Shown piece after piece: positions 39,257 to 49,964 of a DNA stretch of 64,000 nucleotides. The stretch spans positions 159,447 to 223,446 of the forward strand of contig JACKGU010000002.1 in the NCBI GenBank assembly GCA_020631855.1. Direction: 5' to 3'. The stretch comes from Candidatus Nomurabacteria bacterium. Its GTDB lineage: Bacteria; Patescibacteriota; WWE3; UBA101185; UBA10185. The notes below the pieces were generated by a model. The model had not been told where the DNA came from. It worked only from the letters and a program-made list of their open reading frames with translations, and did not search any database. The translations under genes and the position numbers were made by a program. Position 1 is the first letter of the stretch. Each line of letters opens with the position of its first letter.

Positions 39257-40114
39257 ATGGCAATTATATTTGCACTTATCGCATTTGTGGGTTGGGGTGT
39301 TGGAGACATATTTGGCGGTACTGTTTCAAGAAAAATAGGAGGGCACTCATCTGCTTTTTGGTCATATGTGTTTTGTCTTATTTTTGCAAGTTTCTATATC
39401 CCATTTGCCGGCAACCCACTTAAACATTTAACCTTACAAAGTGGTTTGATACTTCTTATCCTTATCCCAATTGGAATGGTTCCTTTAATTACCTTATACG
39501 AAGGAATAAAAGTCGGAAATGCTTCTTTGGTTGGAACTATTGGCGCCTCTTTTGCTGCATTAGCCGTAGTTTTCTCCATTATCTTTTTGGGCGACAAAAT
39601 AAACTTAAATCAGGCAATCTCCATAGTTATCATATTTACAGGACTGATTTTATCATCACTGGATCTTAAAGCATTCAATCTGAAACAATTGACGACCGAT
39701 AAAGGAGTTCCTTTCGCTTTAATATCAATGTTTTTTTGGGCAATCTATTTTACTTTCGTTAGAATACCAATAAGACAAATGGGTTGGTTCTGGCCTGCGT
39801 ACTTATCCTTGTGTGGATTTCCATTAGTACTTATTTTTATGAGATTAAAAAAGATTGAGTTGAAGTTTCCAAGAGAAAGAAAAATATTCATATGCTCAAT
39901 CTTAAATTCTTTATTACTTTGTGCAGCGCTGTTCGCCTTTAATATAGCTGTGGAGAAAGGTCAAACTGCAATTGTTGCGCCTATTTCTGGCGCTTATCCT
40001 GTACTCTTTGCATCTATTGCTTATTTTGTATTTAAAGACCGTCTGAATAAACAGCAAATTTCTGGGATCGTAATAACCCTAATAGGAATAGTATTACTTT
40101 CATCTTTAAGTTAG
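39257..40114 (+). CDS. EamA/DMT-family transporter
   Basis: Ten TMs arranged as two EamA-like halves. Confidence 0.6.
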   Translation: MAIIFALIAFVGWGVGDIFGGTVSRKIGGHSSAFWSYVFCLIFASFYIPFAGNPLKHLTLQSGLILLILIPIGMVPLITLYEGIKVGNASLVGTIGASFAALAVVFSIIFLGDKINLNQAISIVIIFTGLILSSLDLKAFNLKQLTTDKGVPFALISMFFWAIYFTFVRIPIRQMGWFWPAYLSLCGFPLVLIFMRLKKIELKFPRERKIFICSILNSLLLCAALFAFNIAVEKGQTAIVAPISGAYPVLFASIAYFVFKDRLNKQQISGIVITLIGIVLLSSLS

Positions 40115-40215
40115 TGCGAATATATTCGCTATTTTGTAAATCTGTATATTTTTTTATGGGTTCAATTAACCATTTGGGGTTAAGAAAAATATGCTGTTAT
40201 ACCAGAGTTAATTTT

Positions 40216-40291
40216 TGGGGTGGCTGATCGGGATCGAACCGACGACATCCGCCTCCACAGGGCGGCGTTCTACCGCTGAACTACAGCCACC
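40216..40291 (-). tRNA. tRNA-His (GTG) with genomically encoded G-1 and CCA
   Basis: Reverse complement G-GTGGCTGTAGTTCAGCGGTAGAACGCCGCCCTGTGGAGGCGGATGTCGTCGGTTCGATCCCGATCAGCCACCCCA. Confidence 0.8.
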
Positions 40292-40452
40292 ATATAAGGT
40301 TGTAATTACAACCATTGAATTATAACACAGCGCACGCGAGGCGATCTAAACAAACAGGGTTAAGCTTTCGCAATAGAAGCCCCGCATTCCCTTCTTTTAC
40401 CCTTCCCAAAAACTTTAAAATCCTATAAAACAGTCTGCATCCAGTTAAAGTG

Positions 40453-41862
40453 TCATTTCTTCCAGCCCATGAAGTCTAGGAACCTGTCTGCCGCAGTAAA
40501 AGTGTACTTTTCGCCTACTCCTGTTATGTGTTTTGAGACGTAAAAGTTTGCATATGGGTGATACAAAAATATGGCCGGAACATACTCGTCTATTACTTTT
40601 TGGAATTCATTATAATGAATTAACCTTTGGTCGGTGTCGATAGCATTTCTACCTTCTTCTAAGGCTCTATCAGCTCTGACCTGATCAAAGTTCGACAGGT
40701 TTAGTCCAGGAAATTCTTTTTGGGTTGAGTGCCAATTAATGTATCTATCCGGATCCCTCCCCACTGCCTGTCCATAGAGTAATATTTGATAATCGCGTTT
40801 ATTAATAACGTCCTCAATGAATGTGGTAGGATCTCTTTTTTGAATTTTTACATTAACCTTTAGCTTGTCTTCCCAAATCCCTTTAATTCTCTCGGCCATT
40901 TGTTTGTGATTTTTAAGATCCGGAATTGTTATTACAAGCTCTTTTCCATCGAGATCATCTCTTAACCCCTTATTATACTTATCGTAATCTATATCAGGAT
41001 CGGTATAAATACTTCTGCTTATTGGCCCCTCAACATTAATCCCCCGGTCATATATGAGCTCGTTTATGTTTAGAGTTGCCCTAAGATCTTCTCGAAACTC
41101 CAGTTCTGACAAACCCTCGTTGTCTAAATTGAGGAAGAGGGCGAAATAGATGCCCTGCAATGGGAATTTTTTATTATCAAAATTTTCCAACTGGTGCTCC
41201 TGAGATGACATAAAAGCATCTATTTCGCCCAACCTGGCAGAAAGCTCCAGCTCGTCCTCACTGCTGTAATATCTAAAGGAAATCTTTTTAATCTCAGGGT
41301 TTGCCGTTTCTGAATAAAGCATAACCTCTTTAACAACCTTACCGCTCTTTGAAACCCTAACCACCCTAAAAGGACCGCTTGATACCGGAGACAGGGGGTT
41401 ATATTCTTCCTCAGAACCGTCCTTCATAACTCCCTTAGTAAGCAAACTAATAAACGGTGAGAATTTGTTTGGAAGAATATATCTAACAGTGAGATCATCA
41501 ACTTTGTCTGTTCCGACATCCTGAAGATACCTGCTTTTAAACGCGGTGTATATTAGATCGTCCGCAACAATGGGGCTACCATCCGACCATCTCTGGTTTT
41601 CCTTTAATGTGATTGTATAAACAAGTCCATCGCTAGAAATCGACCAGCTATCGGCCAAATCCGGCACCAAGGTGCCATAAATATCATACTTAAATAAACC
41701 TCTGTAAATAAGCTGGGATATTGTAGTGTCGTTTTGGGATACTGCCTGACTGGGAAAAAATGACTCCGGCTGGCCAACAATTCCTTCGGTATAAGACTTC
41801 ACCGGGGCTATGGCAAAAATAAAAGACACCAATAAATATACTGTTTTGTGCAATAAATGCAT
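40453..41862 (-). CDS. Extracellular solute-binding protein (family 5, Opp/Dpp-like)
   Basis: Signal peptide. ~469 aa. Confidence 0.5.
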   Translation of the reverse strand: MHLLHKTVYLLVSFIFAIAPVKSYTEGIVGQPESFFPSQAVSQNDTTISQLIYRGLFKYDIYGTLVPDLADSWSISSDGLVYTITLKENQRWSDGSPIVADDLIYTAFKSRYLQDVGTDKVDDLTVRYILPNKFSPFISLLTKGVMKDGSEEEYNPLSPVSSGPFRVVRVSKSGKVVKEVMLYSETANPEIKKISFRYYSSEDELELSARLGEIDAFMSSQEHQLENFDNKKFPLQGIYFALFLNLDNEGLSELEFREDLRATLNINELIYDRGINVEGPISRSIYTDPDIDYDKYNKGLRDDLDGKELVITIPDLKNHKQMAERIKGIWEDKLKVNVKIQKRDPTTFIEDVINKRDYQILLYGQAVGRDPDRYINWHSTQKEFPGLNLSNFDQVRADRALEEGRNAIDTDQRLIHYNEFQKVIDEYVPAIFLYHPYANFYVSKHITGVGEKYTFTAADRFLDFMGWKK

Positions 41863-42178
41863 GAATATATTCTACCAAAAGGTTACAAATAACGATATCA
41901 ACAGACCTTTGGCGAAGACCTGCCTAAATATACAAAAAAGAGCCCTCGAAATTCAAGAGCTCTTTATTAGTGCAGACGACGGTAAACAAAAGTTTGGTGC
42001 TCAAGAGAGCATGTCGTCTGCAGTAAATATATTATCAAAATATTTTTATGTGTCAACATATTTTATTTTCTGCTCAATAGAACTTCTATAACTTATTAGG
42101 AACCAACAAAACCTTACAGATGGGTAATTAGTTGCCTAAACAGGGTGTTTATTGATAAAATACCCTAGTCATACACCA

Positions 42179-42254
42179 GGCCCCATCGTCTAGTGGACTA
42201 GGACATCAGGTTTTCATCCTGGAAACGGGGGTTCAATTCCCCCTGGGGTCACCA
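42179..42254 (+). tRNA. tRNA-Glu (TTC), CCA encoded
   Basis: GGCCCCATCGTCTAGTGGACTAGGACATCAGGTTTTCATCCTGGAAACGGGGGTTCAATTCCCCCTGGGGTCACCA. Confidence 0.8.
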
Positions 42255-42384
42255 ATTAACTTTTTGATAGCTCTTGATTCCTTGATAGCTCGAAGATACA
42301 GTTTAATTCGGGTGTTCCATTAATTAAATCAAAGTAGGCTGGTCGTTCCTCAAAATGTTCTCTCTTTTTAAAGAATTGGGATAG

Positions 42385-43371
42385 CTATACCAGGCTTGAA
42401 ACATTTGGCGATCTCTTAAATATATCCTCTATTATCTCTTCCAACGGCACTGAAATAATATCAATATCCAACACAGAGTTCTTATTTACAACCTCACTTA
42501 TAAGCCTTGAGACCAAAGATTTTTCAACAGCAAATGTAACAACATCCAATTCTGTTTTTTCAATTTCTGCATACGAATACGCATTCAGATTGTCTGGCAA
42601 AGATTCAAAATATACTTTTATAAACTTCTTCTTGTTATACTGATCTACTAACTTTTGAATATCATCATCGTAGGCCTTCGCTCCTTTATTTATAACAAGA
42701 ACCCTATCGCACACTTTTTCAACATCATCCATATCATGACTTGTTAAAATCAATGTAATATTAGAATTCCTTTGTATTTCCCTTAGAAAGGTTCTAATAT
42801 TTTTCTTAGAAGTTATATCTAGTCCAATGGTAGGTTCATCAAGGAAAAGCACTTTGGGACTATGCAATATCGCTCCAATTAGTTCCATTTTCATTCTTTC
42901 ACCTAAAGACAGCTTTCTTATCTGTTTATTTAGATGTTTATTTACATCTAATAGTTCACACAAATTTGACAATGTAGCTTTATACTTACTGTCTTCAATG
43001 TGATATATCTTTTTTATAAAATCAAAGCTCTGCGCGCCTGTTAAGTCCCACGATAGGCCCGTTTTATTACCCATTACTAAACCTATTTGCATTAAAAAAT
43101 CCTTCTTTCTATCAAAGGGTGTGTATTCAAAAACTTTAATGTTACCAGCTGTGGGATAAATCAATCCTGTAAGCATCTTCGTTGTTGTAGTTTTTCCTGC
43201 TCCATTCGGTCCCAGAAACGCTAAAGATTCTCCCTCCCTAACCTCAAAGGACACATCTTTAACTGCTTCTACCAATTGATACTTTGGATCAAACATTCCT
43301 GTAATAAGATTCTTGTTCGTTCTAATCTTAAATTGCTTACTTAAATTGTTTACTTCTATTATGTTACTCAT
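42385..43371 (-). CDS. ABC transporter ATP-binding protein (ABC-2 type)
   Basis: Walker A GPNGAGKTT, signature LSLGERMKMEL, Walker B LFLDEPTIGLD. Confidence 0.8.
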   Translation of the reverse strand: MSNIIEVNNLSKQFKIRTNKNLITGMFDPKYQLVEAVKDVSFEVREGESLAFLGPNGAGKTTTTKMLTGLIYPTAGNIKVFEYTPFDRKKDFLMQIGLVMGNKTGLSWDLTGAQSFDFIKKIYHIEDSKYKATLSNLCELLDVNKHLNKQIRKLSLGERMKMELIGAILHSPKVLFLDEPTIGLDITSKKNIRTFLREIQRNSNITLILTSHDMDDVEKVCDRVLVINKGAKAYDDDIQKLVDQYNKKKFIKVYFESLPDNLNAYSYAEIEKTELDVVTFAVEKSLVSRLISEVVNKNSVLDIDIISVPLEEIIEDIFKRSPNVSSLV

Positions 43372-43372
43372 A

Positions 43373-44179
43373 TTAAGAAGAAGCAGACGAATAGTGCCTC
43401 AATGAAATTATCCAGCCAATTTGTTTAAGTATCAAGAAAGATACTGCAACTGTCAAAGCAATTAGTAACATAGGCAATGGATTTGATTTACCTAAAATTA
43501 CTGAAACGCTCATTTGAGCAGTAATAAGTGAAGGAATAATAGATATAAAAACTGTTCTAAGAGCCCCTGTGAAACCTTCAAGAGGTATATCGTTAGTTTC
43601 TGCCAATGTTCCTGATAATTGAAAAAGTTGTCCACTTTGACCTATAAAGAAAACAGGTAAGGCGAATAGAAACCTAAAACAATGCCAGGACACTTGACCA
43701 CATATAAAAATGAATATTCCAATTAACACTTTATCCCAACTTGTATAGATATTTTTCCAATCAATAAGAAATGAGATCAACAATATATTCGGTATACCGT
43801 CTTTTAATCTGTTTATCAAACTAATATCCCTAAAAGTAACAAAAAATAGAGATGGAATAGGTTTAGAAAGTATTAAATCAAGCTCCCCCGAACGAACGCT
43901 CTCTATAAAAGATAAAATGTTATTTGAATTCCAGATCCAATCAGTATAAAAATTTAATTGCCCAAAAAGAATAAGAAATATCATCTCATTTTCCTTATAA
44001 CCAGCAAAAGTATTTACATTAGCGTAAACAATTTTGATAAATAGAAGCATGGTTAAAACATAAAAAGTTGTGGAGGCAAGACTTGCCCAATTTTCAAAGA
44101 AATATGCCGTCTGGACTCTATACGAATTTATAGCGTTTGTTTTTAACAAACTTAATCTATCTTTTAATATAGTTATCAT
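43373..44179 (-). CDS. ABC-2 family permease
   Basis: Six-TM integral membrane protein adjacent to the ATPase. Confidence 0.55.
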   Translation of the reverse strand: MITILKDRLSLLKTNAINSYRVQTAYFFENWASLASTTFYVLTMLLFIKIVYANVNTFAGYKENEMIFLILFGQLNFYTDWIWNSNNILSFIESVRSGELDLILSKPIPSLFFVTFRDISLINRLKDGIPNILLISFLIDWKNIYTSWDKVLIGIFIFICGQVSWHCFRFLFALPVFFIGQSGQLFQLSGTLAETNDIPLEGFTGALRTVFISIIPSLITAQMSVSVILGKSNPLPMLLIALTVAVSFLILKQIGWIISLRHYSSASS

Positions 44180-44180
44180 A

Positions 44181-44963
44181 TTAAATACCTATCCCGTCAT
44201 AATTTCTTATAGCTTTCTTCCAACATATATTTGAAGTTATCAATAGGAAAATAGCCCAGAAAGCGGACATTCCTAATTTAATGTAGGTATCATAATTTAA
44301 GCCACCCTCTTGAAGAATAGAAACCGGAAAGTAAGCTAAAACAGGAAAGGGAGTAAAAGATGCAACATTTCTTATTAACACAGGAAAATAAGTTAACGGA
44401 ATAAGTGCTCCGGACATTATTTTACTAATATGCACATAAACATTTTTAATACTTCCTGCCTCTGGTGAGTAAAAACCAATAATTCCTATGAAAATGTTTA
44501 TACCTGCTCCTGTCAATGTAGTTAGAACCAAGGAAATAGGAAACAGCAACAAGCTAATAGGATCCATTGGTGGAAAAATGTATATGCCAATAACCAGCGT
44601 TACTAAGGCATACATAGCAACTGACGTTCTTCCCCCCACAAATGAAGCATACAAAAAGCGCAAAGTATCAATTGGTTTTACTAAATAGTTGGATAAAAGA
44701 CCACCTTTGATTTTTTTCTGGATATCTCTACCAAATCTTCCACCTGTAGTAAAAGTTAAATCCTGAACCGCCTCTGAAATAAGGAAATATGAAACTATTT
44801 GTTTGAATGTAAATATGTCGGAATTAGTTGAGGATATTACAAACCAAAAAAGTAGTAAAAAACCGAGATTTATCAATTTTCTAATTATAAAAGCGAGTAT
44901 TTCTAATGGGTAAGCAAATTCCTCCAATAAATTGAACTTTATGATGTCCAAGTAAAACCTCAT
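44181..44963 (-). CDS. ABC-2 family permease
   Basis: Polytopic membrane protein in the same operon. Confidence 0.55.
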   Translation of the reverse strand: MRFYLDIIKFNLLEEFAYPLEILAFIIRKLINLGFLLLFWFVISSTNSDIFTFKQIVSYFLISEAVQDLTFTTGGRFGRDIQKKIKGGLLSNYLVKPIDTLRFLYASFVGGRTSVAMYALVTLVIGIYIFPPMDPISLLLFPISLVLTTLTGAGINIFIGIIGFYSPEAGSIKNVYVHISKIMSGALIPLTYFPVLIRNVASFTPFPVLAYFPVSILQEGGLNYDTYIKLGMSAFWAIFLLITSNICWKKAIRNYDGIGI

Positions 44964-45279
44964 TAATAAATGATATAACAGATTACTCTACTTTTTAAGA
45001 CTTGGTCGTAGTTATACTCAAAGTTAGATAGATTAAACTCCTACGAAAACAGGCTATGGTAAATCAAAAAAACTAAAAGATATGAACCTCTCAACTTTAG
45101 CTGTTATTGAGATTAGCGATTCTATCAAGGCGCTACATTCTGCAAGTGCTAGGTTCACCAAAAACGCAAGAACTCAAAAACAACATACCAATAATACACA
45201 AATTCTCTTTCAGTACCCACAGAAATTATTATTTCTATAGCCAAAGGGCTAAATTTACATTTTAATCTTTTTAGAAATG

Positions 45280-46299
45280 CTAAAAAACCTCAGTCTCCGA
45301 ATGTATTCCCGACCAAGCATACCAGTATCCATAAAGATATTCTAATTCCTCTCCCGAGGATTTTTCACTAAATACAATCTGGCCGTCTGCATTTTTTAAC
45401 AATAAAACTTCCTTAGCGCCTACTTCATCTACATACTCTTTTCCATAGTCTAAACTTTCTATATATGTACTGGGATAAGCTTTATACACGCCCCTTAGCT
45501 CGATGCCATACACAATATCAAAGGGGTCTAAACGAATGTCAGTAACCTCATCGGGAGAATAGGATCCAAGGCCTGAAACAAAGTTATCTTCGAGAACTAC
45601 TGAGTAGTCGTTATCAAATCCCGTTTCTTTTGATAACACTATAGTCTGAGGGTGTTTACTTTTCCACTGTCCCCAAGTAGTTGTGATGATAGGTAATAAA
45701 CTAAGGTTTTCTTGTCTATCAACCGCAGGGCCAAAAACAGGCTCACCTGAAGCTTGCTGCCAATAACTACTTTCAACAGAATCATACATTACCAAGTCTG
45801 AATTGAGAATTAACCCGGTAACTCCAAAAGTAGCATTTTTATCGCTCACCTTTCCTATAAAAGCATTGGCTACACCACAGACCGGGCAGTAAGTTACACT
45901 AAACAACGAGCCCTCGAAGTTGTCATTTACGATTTGGTGCCATGCAAGTATTTTCTTGGGGTAAGCCTTTTCAATAAAAAACTCAGGCTTTCCCATTAAA
46001 CGCTGCTCAGACTTTTGCTCAAAGCTTCCAGCCTCCTCATATAGCGCAGACGAGGGTATCGACAAACCAAAAACAACATCTGAATCTTTTAACCATGAAT
46101 TTGCGTTTTCAAGGGACTCAAAACTGGGATTATTTATAGCCAAAATGCAATCTTTATGGCCGCACCCTTGGGTCAAATTACGCAATGCTGCCCTAGACAG
46201 GCCATCATTAAGACGGGAGGATCTTTTACCTTCAAAAAGTAGTGCGGCCACAACACACACTAAGATCAACAAAAGCACCAAAATAAAATACCTTTTCAT
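45280..46299 (-). CDS. Secreted/anchored protein with CPxCG motif (DUF3179-like?)
   Basis: Likely start at MKRYFILVLLLILV. VTYCPVCGVANAFIG...GLILNSDLVMYD. Confidence 0.35.
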   Translation of the reverse strand: MKRYFILVLLLILVCVVAALLFEGKRSSRLNDGLSRAALRNLTQGCGHKDCILAINNPSFESLENANSWLKDSDVVFGLSIPSSALYEEAGSFEQKSEQRLMGKPEFFIEKAYPKKILAWHQIVNDNFEGSLFSVTYCPVCGVANAFIGKVSDKNATFGVTGLILNSDLVMYDSVESSYWQQASGEPVFGPAVDRQENLSLLPIITTTWGQWKSKHPQTIVLSKETGFDNDYSVVLEDNFVSGLGSYSPDEVTDIRLDPFDIVYGIELRGVYKAYPSTYIESLDYGKEYVDEVGAKEVLLLKNADGQIVFSEKSSGEELEYLYGYWYAWSGIHSETEVF

Positions 46300-46312
46300 A
46301 TTAAATCTTACT

Positions 46313-46804
46313 TTATTCCAGGTTTTGATTGATTGCAGAAACGCCACCACCTATCCAACTGTTCTCCTCTCCCCCAATACCACTTATTTGAACAAACGTG
46401 TGCTGAACAGTAACTCCATACTTTTTCCTCAAAGCAATAGAAGAATCATAATCTACTTTCAAAACAACGAGATCTTTTGGTAACTCAAAAGCACCTTTTT
46501 CCATAATTTCTTTTTCCGCAGCTCTGCAAGTTGGACACCACGGAGCAAAAAAGAAAAGAAGAACCTTTTTGTTATTTAGCCTATCTAAAATTTCCGGAGA
46601 ATAATCCAGATAACTAAACTGGCCATCTTTCAAGCCTTCGGAAATAGCATCCTGCGCCGAACGTTCTACATCGTCCTCAATAAAAGAATTTTTGGCGGGG
46701 CTTGTAGAAAATCTCTGCTCGTTGCTTTTTGCAAAAAGTGCAATCAATCCAATAAAAGCTAGACCGGCTAATAGAGATAATGCAAAAAGTTTTTTATTAC
46801 GCAT
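46313..46804 (-). CDS. Thioredoxin-like thiol:disulfide oxidoreductase (TlpA/ResA-like)
   Basis: N-terminal TM. FFAPWCPTCRA active site. Confidence 0.7.
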   Translation of the reverse strand: MRNKKLFALSLLAGLAFIGLIALFAKSNEQRFSTSPAKNSFIEDDVERSAQDAISEGLKDGQFSYLDYSPEILDRLNNKKVLLFFFAPWCPTCRAAEKEIMEKGAFELPKDLVVLKVDYDSSIALRKKYGVTVQHTFVQISGIGGEENSWIGGGVSAINQNLE

Positions 46805-46914
46805 ATGTATAGTATAGGTTATTTTAATATCAATTAAAAATCACTTAATAGAATACAAATATTGCAATATCAAACGACAATGCAAAACATATAAAAATGT
46901 AGTATATTTTAGAA

Positions 46915-47943
46915 ATGGAAATAATCAATAAACTACAAAGAGGTTCTTTTACCGCAATAAACAGTTGTCTTCGAGTAAAACAAGAGGATAGGGTTCTGAT
47001 AGTTACCGACTTAGAAACAAAAGAGGTCGGAGAATCTTTATACTCTGAGGCGAAGAAAGTTTGCAAAAACGTAAAAATAGTTGTTATTGAAGACTACACC
47101 AACAGGCCGGCGAAAAGTTTCCCTGACAAATTAAAGCATGAGATAGACGAGTTCAAACCAAATATTTCAATCTACGCGGCCCAAGGCTATGAGGGGGAAC
47201 TCGGAGCATTTCGCAGACCACTCATCGATTATTTTAAACAGAAATACAATTGCAAACACGCGCACATGATATCTATAACCAAGCAGCTGATGGAAGATGG
47301 TATGAACCAGGACTTAGAAAAAGTTTACGATCTAACCAACAAGCTATTGAGAATCGTAGAACAGGCCGAAAGAATTCATGTTTCTGATCCTCACGGAACA
47401 AACATTACATTTTACTTTGATTCAAAATTAAAGTGGATACCGGACGACGGACGTATTGAACCCGGACACATGCAGAATCTGCCTTGTGGAGAAGTTTATA
47501 CATCGCCTAAAACAGGGAACGGTCGGTTTGTTGCCTGGGTACTCGGAGATAATTTCGCATCACAGGGCGTTTTAAAATCCCCCCTTACGGTAGAGATTGA
47601 AAACGGGATAATAGCTTCAACTTCTTGTGACGATACAGAGCTGCTGGAAAACTTTAATAATTATGTTAACGAGCACGAATTCGGAAACAGAGTCGGAGAG
47701 TTTGCTATTGGCACACTTCTAGGACTTACCGGCTTCGTGGGCAATTTGCTCCAAGATGAAAAATTCCCCGGGGTTCATATTGCTTTTGGTTACCCCTATC
47801 CGCATGAAACAGGTGCCGACTGGACCTGCCCTTCTCATTTGGATATTATTGCAAAAGATACAACCGTAACTCTTTGGTTAAAAAGCGGTGAAGAAGAAAA
47901 GACAATAATGGTAGACGGTAAATTTATACCTGAGTTATTGTGA
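46915..47943 (+). CDS. Aminopeptidase, M29 (AmpS/PepS)-like
   Basis: Length and overall pattern only. Confidence 0.35.
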   Translation: MEIINKLQRGSFTAINSCLRVKQEDRVLIVTDLETKEVGESLYSEAKKVCKNVKIVVIEDYTNRPAKSFPDKLKHEIDEFKPNISIYAAQGYEGELGAFRRPLIDYFKQKYNCKHAHMISITKQLMEDGMNQDLEKVYDLTNKLLRIVEQAERIHVSDPHGTNITFYFDSKLKWIPDDGRIEPGHMQNLPCGEVYTSPKTGNGRFVAWVLGDNFASQGVLKSPLTVEIENGIIASTSCDDTELLENFNNYVNEHEFGNRVGEFAIGTLLGLTGFVGNLLQDEKFPGVHIAFGYPYPHETGADWTCPSHLDIIAKDTTVTLWLKSGEEEKTIMVDGKFIPELL

Positions 47944-47968
47944 ATTAAATCAAAGCAAAATCTAAGAG

Positions 47969-48697
47969 TTATTGACGATCTCCGAGAGGCTTCGAAAATT
48001 CATAAAGCGCAAGTGCAACTGAAACAGACAAATTTAAAGAATCTATAAGCGAAGAGTGATCTATTCTTATGCTCGTGGGGTAAGAATCGAACTTGCTATC
48101 CAAACCTGAGCCTTCATTTCCAAATAATAACGAGTAGGGCCTAGTCAAGCTAACTGTACTTAGTGAATTCTTAGCTCTCAGGGTAAATGGGTATAGTGTG
48201 TGTGAGCCGTACTCACTCATGTAATCATCCACGGAGCTGTAATAAGCGTAACTTACACCAAAAGACGCCCCCATAGAAGATCTTATAACCATGGGATCAA
48301 AAAAATCTATACAGGGTTTAATAAGAACTATATTTTTATAACCAAAACCAAGCATCGTTCTGATAACGGTTCCGACATTACCTGTATTACTCGGCCTATC
48401 AAGCACAACATGATTTGAAGAAACATCCAAAGAAGTAAGATACTTCTTAAAAACGCCAACCACATATGTATTATCTTTTAATGCTACTTTTGAAATTGCC
48501 TTGTCTCCTACATCTACTCTAATATTATGTTTCTCGCAAAGCTGCAGCACAGCAGACACTCCCTCCGCCATGCGACCCTGAGAACTTAGCAAAACCGACA
48601 ACACTTGGTTAGGGTATTTATTTAACAGTTCAATTGTGGGAAAAGCGCCAAAAGTGTAAGAATAATTAAATTTCTTTTTGTATTTTTGTAATGCCAT
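47969..48697 (-). CDS. SpoU/TrmH-family RNA 2'-O-methyltransferase
   Basis: VVLDRPSNTGNVGTVIRTMLGFGY and LLFGNEGSGL are SPOUT motifs. Confidence 0.7.
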   Translation of the reverse strand: MALQKYKKKFNYSYTFGAFPTIELLNKYPNQVLSVLLSSQGRMAEGVSAVLQLCEKHNIRVDVGDKAISKVALKDNTYVVGVFKKYLTSLDVSSNHVVLDRPSNTGNVGTVIRTMLGFGYKNIVLIKPCIDFFDPMVIRSSMGASFGVSYAYYSSVDDYMSEYGSHTLYPFTLRAKNSLSTVSLTRPYSLLFGNEGSGLDSKFDSYPTSIRIDHSSLIDSLNLSVSVALALYEFSKPLGDRQ

Positions 48698-48832
48698 GTA
48701 GTTTAAGATATCACAAAAACCAAAGCTAGTTTATCTGCATTTCTAAGTCATGTATCAACCACTGCCAGCTTACGCAAGTGGTTTACTCTAATTTGGTTTG
48801 ACGATAAAAACAAAAGCGTCTAATATTTAATA

Positions 48833-49912
48833 GTGCCCAAAACAAAACTGCTTGAACAGAACATGTCAATGGCCTTATCTTTTGACGACGTATTACTTGT
48901 CCCGCAGAGATCTAAAGTATTATCGCGTTCCGATGTAGACCTTTCAACAAAAATCACACAAGAACTAGAGCTAAAAATACCTTTAATTTCCACAAATATG
49001 GATAATATAACAGGCGTAGCCATGGCTATAAAAATGCACGAACTTGGCGGAATAGGCGTACTTCCAAGATTCGAGTCCGTAGAATCACAGGTTCAAAAAG
49101 TAAAAAAAGTAGCTTCTGTCGGGGCAAAAGTCATTGCATCTGTGGGAATTAAAGAGGGAGAGCTTGAGAGGGCCGAGATGCTGGTTCTATCCGGAGTATC
49201 GGGGCTGGACGTAGATGTTGCGCACGGCCACATGTCTAAAGCTATAGATTTTACAGCAATGTTAAAAAATAAATTTGGGAACAAAGTAGCCATTATCGGG
49301 GGCATCGCGTCCACAGGAGAATGTGCCGAAGATTTCTACAAAGCCGGAGCAGATGTTGTGTCCGTTGGCATTGGCGGAGGATCCATATGCTCAACCAGAA
49401 TTCAAACAGGGTGCGGGGTTCCAACACTAGCATCGCTCCTGGACATTGCACCTATTGCCAAAAAATACAAAAAGACATTTTTTCCTTTAGCGGGAATAAA
49501 GAATTCGGGAGACATTGTTAAATCTCTCGCTGCGGGATCTTGCGCAATAAGAGGAGGCAACATTTTCTCCGGAACAGATGAAGCTCCTGGAGACATAATT
49601 GAAATCGACGGAAGATACTACAAAAGATATAACGGATCAACTTCTGAGGAAGAAAAAATCAAACAGCGTAATCTCGGCTCAAACGGCAAAAATAAACACT
49701 ACACGATTCACATAGAAGGGTATGAGGCTCTGGTTCCCTATAAAGGTCCGGTTGAGGACGTGGTTCAAAGATTGCTGGCAGGCGTAAGGTCTGGATTTAG
49801 CTATTGTGGGGCTTCTAACATAGACGAGCTTCAACGCAACGCGACGTTCATTAAGATAACGAACGCCGGAATTTCAGAAAACGGCGCGCACGACGTCAGA
49901 GTAGTTAAATAA
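48833..49912 (+). CDS. IMP dehydrogenase/GMP reductase family protein lacking a CBS pair
   Basis: FDDVLLVP, GIGGGSICSTR catalytic-Cys loop, 359 aa. Confidence 0.7.
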   Translation: MPKTKLLEQNMSMALSFDDVLLVPQRSKVLSRSDVDLSTKITQELELKIPLISTNMDNITGVAMAIKMHELGGIGVLPRFESVESQVQKVKKVASVGAKVIASVGIKEGELERAEMLVLSGVSGLDVDVAHGHMSKAIDFTAMLKNKFGNKVAIIGGIASTGECAEDFYKAGADVVSVGIGGGSICSTRIQTGCGVPTLASLLDIAPIAKKYKKTFFPLAGIKNSGDIVKSLAAGSCAIRGGNIFSGTDEAPGDIIEIDGRYYKRYNGSTSEEEKIKQRNLGSNGKNKHYTIHIEGYEALVPYKGPVEDVVQRLLAGVRSGFSYCGASNIDELQRNATFIKITNAGISENGAHDVRVVK

Positions 49913-49964
49913 AAACCATTAATATAAAACACAGAAAGATAACTATAGTGCTATAATTTGTACC

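Noticed and set aside
41810-42091. 93-aa ORF upstream of tRNA-Glu
   Set aside because: It overlaps the solute-binding-protein gene start and promoter, and its composition is low-complexity.
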